A stretch of 64,000 nt of DNA, taken from positions 100,628,001 through 100,692,000 of the forward strand of contig NC_086108.1 of assembly GCF_963921235.1 (NCBI RefSeq), in the 5' to 3' direction. The position numbers and the translations under genes were made by a program. Under the pieces are notes generated by a model. The model had not been told where the DNA came from. It worked only from the letters and a program-made list of their open reading frames with translations, and ran no database searches. The DNA comes from Mobula hypostoma. Taxonomy: Eukaryota. Below, piece by piece: positions 37,060-48,516 of this stretch (position 1 is its first letter; each line of letters starts with the position of its first letter).

Positions 37060-38660
37060 ATTCCATGTCTCACGACAACACCTCATACAACCTCAAGAGT
37101 TGCAATACCTATCCTTTTGCCAACTTCTTTCCCACTATCATGGGAACCAGGCAAAGCAATGTTTTAGTTCTGTTCAAATTTGGCATACTGCATTTCATAT
37201 TCACAACACTGTTCCCAACATTGGAGAAACAAAACATAGATTGGGTGACTGTTCAGTCCAATAACTCTGTTCAGCTGTGATGCCAAACCAAGTTATCGGG
37301 CGATTGATGCTAATGAGAGAGATAAGAGAGACAATGGAGAAACGTTCAAAATGCTAATGAGAGAGGAGAGAGAGAGAGATTAACGGAAAAGAAACACAAT
37401 TCAGAATATTGACAGACCGGTTGCTTTGAACCTGAACTGTTTGAAGTTTGATGGACAGGCGATACCCCAGCAGGGGGATAAAAAGAGCAAGTTCGCTAGG
37501 CACGTGACACACCACGAGATCACGAGATAACGAGACCCTGGAAAAAGCAGTGTGCCCCCACAAGTTGGTGAGAGTTTGGAGGTCCGGTTCGCGGAAACCG
37601 ACCACAGACTCACAAGGTGTAAACGTACGATTGGTGGGAACCTGGTGTGTGTGTCCACCCTTGCCAGGGTGGCGGGTTCACCGCGGAAGAACGGTTGTAT
37701 CCGGAATGGAGGGGTCACAGTCGGTGACCACAGCGGGATAGAAGACATAAAAGGGTCCGCCCGAAACCAACTGTGAAGACATCAAAGGTCTGCCTGAATC
37801 AAATTGCATCCCCCTCCCCACCCTCTCTCCAACGGCACAACAGCGATTACTAGCTGAACTGAACTCTGCGTCACTTAAGACTGATCATTTTACCCCTAGA
37901 CTGCGATAGAGCTTGGCTTGATTCCCATCACCCTAGTTCTGTGTACATGTGTGTATTATCATTGCTAAGCTATTGCATTTATATCCTTACGATTAGAGTA
38001 CTGTGTTACTAATTTCTTTAATAAAACTTTCAGTTCCTAGTAATCCAGACTCCAACGAGTGGTCCATTTCTGCTGGTTTGGCAACCCAGTTACAGGGTAC
38101 ATAACACAGCCAACAAGCTTTCTTCGTCTATTACCTTAATTTGCCGTCCCAGTCTGACCCCGACCTCCTACACCATTCCAATAAAGCTCAAGAAACAGCA
38201 TGTGAATTTCCAGCAGGGCATGTTACAGACTTTGGGTATAACACTGAATTCAACTATTTCAGATCACCATCCTTTCCCATCTAGATTTCAATAAAAGTCA
38301 TCTGTATGAAACTTTAACTCTGGCTGTCACTATTCACAAATGTATGATGACCTGTTGGTATTTTCCAAAATTCTTTTTTATTTCAGATTTCTAGCAACTG
38401 CAATGCTCTATTCCACAGTTTTAATATTGTTTTTATTGCACTCTCCTGACTTCGTTCATATCCAGTTACATTCCTACAGAACAGCTGTGATTAACAAGCT
38501 TTTACAAACTTATACCACGCCTTTTCTCACTCATTTCACAACTAATACCTTCATTTTCTCCATTCTCCCCTTTCCACTGTAAACAAACTTTAATTTCTAT
38601 TTTTTCCTCATTCTGATGAAAGGCCATTGACCCGAAATGTTCACCATTTTTTCTCCACAG
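37060..38660 (+). mobile_element. Very old Penelope fragment split by a solo LTR
   Basis: NIGETKHRLGD remnant (~37217-37249). HHR-core remnant ctgatga...gaaa (38613-38637) followed by the family terminus ctccacagatgc. Confidence 0.6.
37276..38106 (+). mobile_element. Solo LTR (Gypsy- or ERV-type), 831 bp
   Basis: TG...CA ends with short inverted termini (tgtgatg / cataaca) and 4-bp TSD cagc (37272-37275 / 38107-38110). TATA-like gataaaaa 37477-37484; AATAAA 38020-38025. Confidence 0.92.
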
Positions 38661-39274
38661 ATGCAGTCCGAATTGAAGTCACTCTATTTTCAACTTTTTA
38701 AATATTTGATTCCCTACACTAGGCAAGAGTGTACAGAATGAGAGCTCAGTCCAAGTTTGATTAACATATTTTGAATAGTTCTGAGCCAGCAGCAAATTTA
38801 ACACAGAACTTAAAACATGCTAATTATTAGTACTTTTATAATCAATAGAAACACACTGCAGGAAACAACTTCGGTCTCAAATGATACACTTAACAGTATA
38901 TAATCTCTTAGCAAATAAATAACTAATTTTTTGCTAAACATTTAGCAAAAAAGTTTCAAACATATTAAAGTGCAATGGAGCACAATGGTTTTTTTTCATA
39001 TGAAACATTATTAAAGTGTTCCATTAATGATGTTCGAGAGTAACAAACTTGTTATCCATTGTTTAACACAATTTTGTTAAGATCATCATACCTTGACAAA
39101 GACAATTTCTTTTGCATCCAGTTTACCTTGGAGATGAACTCCAACTTTTGGGACAGTTGTCATGTGGAGTTTGTTAAAGATCGTATTAAACTCAAAGAAC
39201 AAGCCCATAAGACATTGGAGCAAAATTAGGACATTCTGCCCATCAACTCTGCTCTGCCATTTCAACATGGTTGA

Positions 39275-40097
39275 TCAAAGTACATTTATTATCAGAATAT
39301 GCATACTTCATACAACCTTGAGATTCGTCTTCTTATAGGCAGCTACAAAACAAAGAAACCCAACAGATTCCATTAAAACAAAAGAAGAACGTCAAACACC
39401 CAATTTGTAAAGAAAAAACTTACAAACAATAAAAGCAAGCAAACAGCATTCAGAACTGAAATTCACAAAAGTGAGTCCACACTGTGATAGTTTGCAGGTC
39501 ACAGCCACAGTTCAGCGGAGAGATGAGTACATCTGGTGGAGTAATAAATTGAAGTTCAGTGCAGAGATGAATAAACCTTGTGAAGCAGTGATCTGAACTG
39601 GCCCGTGCCTCAGACACCCTGTCCTTTTCAATCCTAAACTGTTCGGACCCCCGCTTCGATACGCTCTCTGTGCTCCACCACCTCAATTCTGCTCGTACCT
39701 AACTTTTCCAATTCAGCTCGGCACTAGAAATCGTTCAAACCTCGGGGCTTCCCTCACTCTCAGATATCCACTCCACTCGCCTTGGTTCTATCGAACTGAA
39801 TTGCTAAGTTCACTCTAGGGATGGCCAAACATTGGCTTATTCTCCGCTCTCCGGCTCGGACCCCACCACCTTGAATCAGCCCATGCACACCATCCTGAGC
39901 CTTCGCGACTCCAGTTCCCACTGCAAAAAATGTTAGGTCATACAAGCTGTTCAAAACGCTCAAGACTGTTACAGTCTATTGTTTGTGGTGATCATTTAGC
40001 AGAAAAAGTGTAATTAAGTATTTTAGTTGTTTTCTTCAATTTATTTGGCACCAGCAAGCAGTCACTGAGCTTCTTCTAGCACCATCTTAAACAGGAA
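39275..40097 (-). mobile_element. Non-coding interspersed repeat with Rex1-like 3' tail (second copy)
   Basis: Similar to 12531-13265. Putative 5' end on the minus strand: cacttcctgtttaagatggtg. Confidence 0.6.
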
Positions 40098-40104
40098 GTG
40101 ACGA

Positions 40105-40735
40105 TTACCCTCTCAACCCCATTCTCCCGTACCCCCCTCTCTCTCTAACCTTTCATGCTCGCTCTAATCAAGAACCTATCAACCTCTGCCTTAAAAACAC
40201 CCAATGATCTTTCTATCACAGCTGTCTTTGGCAACAAATTCCAGATTCAGATTCCCCGGTGAAAGAAATTCCTCATCTCCATTCTAAATGGAGGTCCCTC
40301 TATTCTGGGGCTGTTCCCTCTGGTCTTATACTCCCCTACCAAAGGACACATCCGGTCCATCTGGGCATTTCAACATTTGATAGGTTTCATTGAGAACGTC
40401 CCCTCATTCTTCTAAATTCTATGAGCAAGGCCCAGAGCCAACAAATCGCTTCTCATACGATAGCATTTCATTCCCGGAATCATGCTCATGATCCTCCTGT
40501 GGACCTCTCCAATATCAGCACATCCCTTATCACTACTACTACTACTGCGTCGACTCAGGCCTAGGGGGCCGGCATCTGATACGACGACAGACTCTCCACT
40601 TCTCCCTCTCCCTCATCAGTGTGTTCAGTTCATCTACATTAGCCGCGCCGCTGTCTTCTAGGAGTGTGTTGACCATAGTCATTCTCATGATCCTCCTGTG
40701 GACCTCTCCAACATCAGCACATCCCTTATCAGATA
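40105..40735 (-). mobile_element. CR1 3' fragment hosting an RTE insertion
   Basis: Similar to 19815-20250 (acctatcaa.ctctgccttaa; ggcaacaaattcca). Confidence 0.82.
40533..40678 (-). mobile_element. 5'-truncated RTE-clade LINE 3' end with 53-bp flanking duplication
   Basis: Minus strand encodes TMVNTLLEDSGAANVDELNTLMREREKWRV..PESTQ* and runs into a (TAG)n tail. Direct repeats 40480-40532 / 40679-40731 (2 mismatches). Confidence 0.85.
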
Positions 40736-41114
40736 ATCACAAATACAACTTATTTTCAGCATCTTAATTAGCACCATTAAATTTTAAGTTACTTCCCTAC
40801 ATCCAACTGTGACTCTTGGTATAGTCCAAATGTTTTGCAGTCAATTCCAATTTTTGATAATTGTTACAAGTTTAAACTAATACTCTTAAAATAAAATCCA
40901 AAAGAACAATCAACAATTCTCAATTCTTCACAGTTTTAACAGGGTCAGAAGGCCTGGAATCAATGCACATACTTGATGCTAATGAGAACAGCTATAACAA
41001 AATAATCACTCAATTACCAGTTATACTGAAAAATAACATATTACATCAATTTTGCAATATGTGGAAGATTACCAAACTTCAATACATTTGTCCTGCATAA
41101 AGGAGGAATGCATA

Positions 41115-41649
41115 CATCGCTGGTTACTTTATTTGATACAGAAGTAGAACCCAATGTGGTTTTCTGCTGCTGTCTCCCATCCACTTCAATGGGTGGTTCC
41201 ATGTGTTGCGTATTCAGAAATGCTCTTCAGCATGCCACTGTTGTAATGCGTGGTTATGGAAGATACTGTCGCATTCCTAGCAGCTTGAACTAGTACGGCC
41301 ATTCTCCTCTGACCTCTCTCATTCAACAAGGTATTTTCACCCACAGAATTGCCACAGTTTTTTTTTGGTTTTTCCCCGCAATTCTCCATGAACACTAGAG
41401 ATCGTGTATCAAAATTCCAGGAGATCAGCAGTTTCTGAGATACTCAAACCACCCTATATAATTCCAAACAATTCCACAGAAACAATAATTCCAAGGTCAA
41501 AGTCACATTTCTTCCTCAGTCTAATGTTTGGTCTGAACAACCTCTTAACCACGTCCGCATACTTTTACGCATTGAGTTGCGGCCACATGATTGGCTGATT
41601 AGATATTTGTATCAATGAGCAGGTGTATCTAGCAAAGCGGCCATAGAGT
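41115..41649 (-). mobile_element. Tc1-family internally deleted DNA transposon
   Basis: ORF 41186-41395 LNERGQRRMAVLVQAARNATVSSITTHYNSG..KSISE resembles the Tc1 transposase DNA-binding region. Decayed TIRs tggttactttatttgataca / tgtatctagcaaagcggcca. Confidence 0.78.
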
Positions 41650-43561
41650 TCGTTCTGTTTCTGTAACAGGACAAGATTTAAGATTTAAAAAATTAAGTAG
41701 AATAAATTAACACTACACTGAATCCTCATCAGTGCATAAACTGATACAATTCTGTATGTTTTAATTGCATTGAGAAATTATCCACTTCCACTTTCAAGTG
41801 TATAATTGGAATTCTCATTACTAAACAAACTGCTTAATCCTTTTATACGTATTATAATTCAACAAAATTTTTCCTCATGAACTTAGAATCACTATTAATG
41901 AAGCTTGATGATTAATCTCATTCCTGCATGAAGTAAATAAATATAAATAGTTCGTGGCGCAGAAATTCATCTACTCCAAACGATGAAACTTAATATCCAC
42001 CAACTGATTGCATCTCATCTTTGAGCCTTTTGATGGAGAGGTGTTCAGTTATTTTTGGTTGGATGAAACCACATCTGTAAACTCATGCACTAATTGATCG
42101 GTATTAATTGGAAGAAGAATTGTGATATGAAGAAAGCTGACAACATGCTAAATTCATATGTGACAATACTGATCTAAGACACCCAAATACACTCACTTTT
42201 CCTTTGTGAAACCCAGAAGCATACCGGGTGCCGAATGCAGTGAACACTTCACACGTGAAAGATACTCATACCTTAATAGCTTGACAGAATCATTATTTGC
42301 TAATATTGCTAAATTTATTTTCTAGGTTCATGTAATTTAGTGGTACAACAATAAAATCTGAAATAATTGTGCTAATTTTCCAAATTACTGCCATGTACAA
42401 TTTCAATCTCTTTCCTATTCTCTGACCACTTCAGTGGTATATATATTCAATGCAACATTAAACAGTTAGGTGTGTCAACAACACCACTCTCAAGCAACCC
42501 AATGCAGATTTAATAGTTGAAATGAACAGCTTATAAGCCATATTACTGAATCATGGAACAGGAAAGCAAGTACTCATATTTATAATTAGTATTCCAAGAC
42601 TTTCAACCTCGTGTTCTATTACATACTATCTGTTAGTCTGGCAATGCCTACTTTTTAAAAAATCCTCAACTTAATTTCAAATTTCATGACTTTCTTGTTA
42701 ACCTTCAAACTACAATCAGATCTCTGCATGCTCAGTAACATTGGCAATTACCTATACACTTCAAGCTCTAAAATTTTTTCTCAAAACCTAAGTATATTAC
42801 AACATCGAGGAGAACATCTGTTTTCAATGCCTTTATAAGTAGCTTTGACATGTTCCAGTAAACCTTTTTCACAGCCCTTGCATTTTGTCTACCTTTCTCT
42901 AACACTATATTTGACATTCTGGTCATCTTTCACTACCTTGATGGAATGTATGAAATGTTCTATATGGATGGCATGCAAACAAATGCGCTTCACTATCTAT
43001 ATACCATGGCAATAATAAACCAATTACAATGTCCACTTGTAAAATTTAGTCTTCCTTCTACAGATGCTGTTTGGTTTGCTGTGTAGACCTAGTAGTTATC
43101 TCGTTTCATATGCGCAGCATCTACAGATTTCAGCTTTCCAACTAAAAAGTTGAAAATTATATTTGTATCCAACAAACACCTTGATTAAAGCTATTTTTCA
43201 GTTTACATGCAGAAATCAATTTGATTATTGTCTACGTGAGGAATCAGAACACTATATGTGGCATCCTTAAAATTACAATTTTTATCCAAGGTAATTAATT
43301 AAGACAGACATTTAATTACATCAACTATTCCAGCATAGAAAGGGCTGGATATAACCAGGTGTAACTAATTCACAAGATTTAAAATCATACCCAAAATCTC
43401 CCCAGTTACAAATGAGAATACAATTTTCAAAATAAGTTTAAGAGTAAATTATTTGATCTTCATTTTATTCGTAGAGTCAACTGCCAACATGTAGACATTC
43501 TGCTCTTATAACTGAAGGTACTTATCAAGTAATCCTAAATTTCTCCACACATTAACTCTAT

Positions 43562-44610
43562 GACTACGTCTACACTACGCTGGGTAATTTTGAAAACACC
43601 GGTTTCGAGTAAAAACGACAGGCGTCCACACTTAGCATTTTTCAAAATATCTCTGTCCACGTTAGACGGATATTTGGGCAAATCTCCTCCTACTGGGCAT
43701 GCGCAGGACACACAGAAAACAAGTGAAGAGGAAACGGTATACTTGGTGTGCATTTGTCCAGTTACAGAGTAGAAAAACTTAAAAGGAATTGCTCTTGGCT
43801 CTCACACAGGAGAACTTAAAACTGAAAAAACAAATACTGGAGCGTATGGAGGCAACCGACAGGGAGTTCACGGACAGTATGACCCGGCTGACGACGAACA
43901 TTGAAAAACTAACTAACTCTGTTGCATTAATAAAGCACCTTGTTAAATGTATAAAACATGTCTGCATCAGTGTTATCTTGCATTTCCATACAATGTTACA
44001 TTAGGCTGTTACACATCTATTGTCAGATAAGTACTTGCATAAATAGGTAAACCACCTTGGTTCTTGATCCTCCAAAATATTCCACATGGAATTTAAACTG
44101 GAGGTGGCGGAGGGTGTTTTCTGTTCTTACCTTCATACAAGCAAGGACAGAAAACAGGGCAAAGTGAGAATACTTATTTATTCAGTAAGCTATGGGTCAA
44201 AGTATTTGGTGAGTACATTTCTAACTCTTCTGGCTTCAGTCTTGTTGCCGTCTGTTCTGAAATTGTTAGGTTCTGCGAAGCGCAGAATCAAATATCGCTG
44301 TGATGATTGTACGCTCTAGTATCAATTGTTTGGCGACAAAGTAATAATAAGAAGAAGAAGAAGACAACAATGAAATGCCGTGCTGCCGCCACCTGCTGCA
44401 GCACGTCATGACAGTGGTTTTAAAAATCACCGTTTACCATGTCCACACTGCAACGGATATTCGGCGTTTTCAGATTTATTCACTCTGGAGACCGTTTCTG
44501 AAAATCTCCATTTTCGGGGGATGAAAACGCCATTTTAGAGTGAACAGAGGGTCAAAACGAAGAGAAAAAGCTTTGTTTTCAAAATTATCTGGCGTAGTGT
44601 AGACGTAGCC
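43562..44610 (+). mobile_element. PIF/Harbinger non-autonomous transposon (copy B) retaining convergent C-termini of both ORFs
   Basis: 3-bp TSD tat. TIRs gactacgtctacactacgc / gcgtagtgtagacgtagcc. Plus-strand coiled-coil LLALTQENLKLKKQILERME..(43789-43930) and minus-strand PNNFRTDGNKTEARRVRNVLTKYFDP* (44270-44190). Confidence 0.9.
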
Positions 44611-44959
44611 TATGACTGCACAAAATGCAAATGTTTCAGGAATGTAGCCGGGGGTTCAAGTGCTGCTGCAGTATTGTTTAAAATGGGATGTGAGATTAAA
44701 ACAATAGGCCAATTATTACAATTTTGGTGGTGAAAGTCCATGACTGAAATCCATTCTAATGGATGGTATAAATCTTGCAGAAAGACAAAAATAATCAGAG
44801 TTAACATGGATTATTCCAGGGGGGCGGGGGTGGGAAATCAGGTTTGGCCGATGATTACATTCTAAAAAAATTAACTAGAAGAGTTGAACAAGGCAGTACA
44901 CATGACGTAATGCACGTGCTTTTGACAGTGCCCCATAAAGCAGACTATTACACAAAGAT

Positions 44960-47850
44960 TTCAGTGCACAGTCTGTGATGCTTACAGGGGACTTGAACAT
45001 CCATCACAAAGTCTGGCTGGGCAGCTGAACAACTGACAATGCTGGCTGGCACACACTACAACTAGCTGATTGTCTTGGTCTGCAGCATGTTGTGTTAGAC
45101 CCAACAAGGGGGGAGTATATCCTTGATCTTGTTATGACGGACCTACCCGCTAAGGCAACAACCATGGTTCAAGTGGGTTCTTCAGACTATAACTCCATGC
45201 TAGTGAAGTTGGATGTTCCAGTTTACCATGACCAGCCATACAAGAGTAAAGTTTGGTGTTACGACAAAGCCATCTTTTGGGATATGCGTGGTCATCTTTC
45301 AGCAACTGACTGGTCTAGCATTCTCAAAGACAAGGACTCTGAGAAGGCTTGCACCAAGCTTACTTAAGTTATATATGTGAGACTATGGACATTCACATTC
45401 CCAGCTAAATTGTTACTAAGAAGACTGGTGATAAAGTATGGTTTGATGACAAGTGCAGATGAGCAGCAAAGAAGAAACGTCATCTCTACCACCATCTAAA
45501 GAAGTGCAACACCCCTGCTAATAAGGAGAAGTTTGCACAGGCTAGGCAGTCATACAATCGAGCAGAGAGACAGGCCAGAAGAAACCATAACATCAAACTC
45601 AAAAATGACTTAACCAGTGGTAACCTTAGCAGCAAGTGGTGGAACGTTGTGAACTCCCTCTCTGGAAGAACAGGCCACTCTGACATCCCTGTCATTGAGC
45701 ACAATGGGTCTGTACATACAACAGCAAAGGATAAGGTCAATGCTTTCTGTCAGGCTTTTGCAGATAAATGTCGGCTCACAAATGCTAGTGACCAGCCACC
45801 AGATGTCAAGCAGCTTACTACCACCACCTCGCTGAACAAAATCATCTTCAAACCTAAAGATATCATGAAAATTATGCAACAGTTTCAGCCTGATAAAGCA
45901 TCTGGCCCTGACCAAATTCCAACTAGGGTCTTAAAGGAATGCAGTGCAGAACTTGCAAGTCCTCCCTGCCACCTCTTCCAGCTACGATTCTCGAGTGGTG
46001 CATTCCCGGAACAACGGAAAATAGCATCAGTAACACCAGTACACAAGCAGGAATCTAGAGCTGATCCTACAAATCACTGCCCCAAATCCTTACTCAGTGT
46101 CATCAGCAAGGTAATGGAAGCAGCAGTCCACAAACAAGTTCAGAACTACCTACTCCGTAACAACTTAATTTCAAGTAGGCAGTATGGATTTAGACTTGAT
46201 CACAGTACAGCTGATCTCCTCACCACCTTATCTCAAACGTGCAACATCTTCTTAGACAAAGGTGGAGAAGTATGTGTTTGGATATCAAAGGACCAAAGGA
46301 GCATTTGACAAGGTCTGGCATAATGGACTCTGTGTTAAGCTGAGATCCAAAGTAATATCTGGAAAGCTGCTTAGATAGCTACCGAGCTACCTTCATGGAC
46401 GGACCATCAAAGTTGTTATCTCTGGTCAGGCTTCTGATTCTTCAACCATCAATGCATCTGTACCACAGAGTTCAATACTTGGGCCACTTCTGTTTTCCAT
46501 CTTTATTGACAACTTGGTTGATGCATGCGGTAACAAGCGTTACTTGTACGCTGACGACTCCACACTATCTGCACCAATTAGAGCAGGAGAGAGTAATACA
46601 GTGGCAACAAGCCTGAATAGGGATCTTGACAGGATGAAAGCCTGGGCAGACGACTGACGGGTCACCTTTCAGCCTACTAAGTGCAAGGCGATGGTGATGT
46701 CTAGGAAGAGGAATCCATCTAACCCCGACCTGTATTCTGGGAACTGCAAGCTGGATTTAAAGAAGGAGCTAGTAATCCTTGGTGTTAATATTGACAGCAA
46801 GTTGGTGTGGGATAAACACCTTTCTACTATTTCAAACAAGGCTGGACAAAGGCTTGGAGCTCTGCGGAAAGTAGCATCCAAACTAGACAAAGAGGGCAGA
46901 GCCATGGTTTACAAAGCCCAGGTACAAAGTATCATGGAGTGTGCCTGCTTATCATGGATGAATGCCTCACAGAGTGTCCTCAGCCAGCTTGAGTCCATTC
47001 AAAGAAAGGCTCTCAGTATTATAGGTGTAGATGAGGCCACAGCTCGTAAGAAACTAGCCATCAGTACCACAGACAACAGGTTGCTGCAGCTGTGCTATAC
47101 AAAATGCACACCAGTCACGGCCCTTCACGCCATGCTGCCTTCAACTTATGAGAGATGGCACACCACACGATCAAGTTTATCTATGCCTGCTCATGCTGTT
47201 TCTATGCCTGATGCGAGAACCTCCACACTGGATAGAAGCTTCCTTCACTGTGCTATCAGAATTTGGAACAGCCTTCCAGATGCTGTGGTTGGAAACATCT
47301 GCAACAATGGGGTCCAAGCCTTCAAGAGTTAAGTGCACAAACACCTATCACCTCTAGGAGGGAAGTCACATGCTTCTTCATAAGCTATCATTAAGGGGAC
47401 CAGGATGGTAATGCTTGGTTGTTGGTAGATAGGGTTAATACCCGACTTTCAAGAGCACTTGTGTGTTATGTTCCGGCTGGACTTAGTCCTTAAACTGCTG
47501 GAGAACAGAGCGGAAAGAAGAGGTGCTGGTTTCTCCTGGTAAGGATTAGATTTTAGTTCCAAGTGCTCCTGCCACGTTTTGTCACCCTGCAACCTTATCC
47601 TTCAATCTCTTTGAATTATGGAGGACAGCATGTGTATAAATGTTTCTCTCCAGCAGACTTCATCATGATCATCACGACTCCAGTATTTCTATTTTTTAAT
47701 GTTTCGTAATTGTACATATGATTTTTTTGTGTTCTATCGCTGAGCAGCAGTGAACCATCTGATTGGCCTATCAGAGTTCTCTTTGGGAACTAGTTGACGA
47801 TCAGCATTTCTGATCTGGCTATTGTTCACGATTGCACTTAATAAAAAAAA
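44960..47850 (+). mobile_element. 5'-truncated CR1-group LINE of a different lineage (EN + RT + ~0.5-kb 3'UTR with AATAAA/oligo-A)
   Basis: GDLNIHH, PTRGEYILDLVMT, SSDY, KASGPDQIP, SLLSVISKVME, QYGFR, AFDKVWH, YADDST (46546-46563), stop at 47332. Ends ttaataaaaaaaa. Interrupts an older CR1 RT remnant (RLLHK|KAHGI). Confidence 0.9.
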
Positions 47851-48516
47851 GTAAAAGCACATGGTATCCGAGAGTGACATACTGGATTCTAGAGGCAGGA
47901 ACTACAAGGGAAGGACTGTGGCACAGAAGGTTGGGCAGCTTCAATGACTCAGGTGCAAGCATAACACAAGTTCTCCACATCCAAGAGTTCTTCCTCCCAA
48001 TCATGCTGTCATCCCACTGCCACCCTACCCAAACATGAAATATTAGCTCGACTGCAAGCTGGTAGCTGGAAAATTTGGTGGCATAGGAGTAGCTGATGGA
48101 CAAATAAGAGAGAAAAGATTACAGGGAAATATGGGAGAATGGGATTGATGATTAAATGAAAGAATGAAATGGCCTTCTCTGCCTTGCCGGTTTAAGAATG
48201 GCTTTTCCACTGGAAAGCCCTTATCAAAACAAGTTTCAACAGGGCTTCAACAAGTCAATTCCTTGCTTTTTGTAATTTAGATGAATAATTTAAACCAAAA
48301 TGAACGTAATGCAAAAGAAACTGATTGTGTACTCGAGAGCAAGAAGGAAAGCTTGTACAGTAGGCAGACGGATGATCCGATTAGTTTGATCAGAGGAATG
48401 GCCAATAAGATTCAAGTTTCAAACACCTGGAGAGATACAACAAGGCTACGTAATATGCACAAAATCTCATCTGTTGGTGATTGAGTGGTCTGGACAAACC
48501 TGTGGACATTGCAGTA

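Noticed and set aside
43789..44004. Coiled-coil host exon
   Set aside because: It lies between Harbinger TIRs and is better explained as a remnant of the transposon's second ORF.
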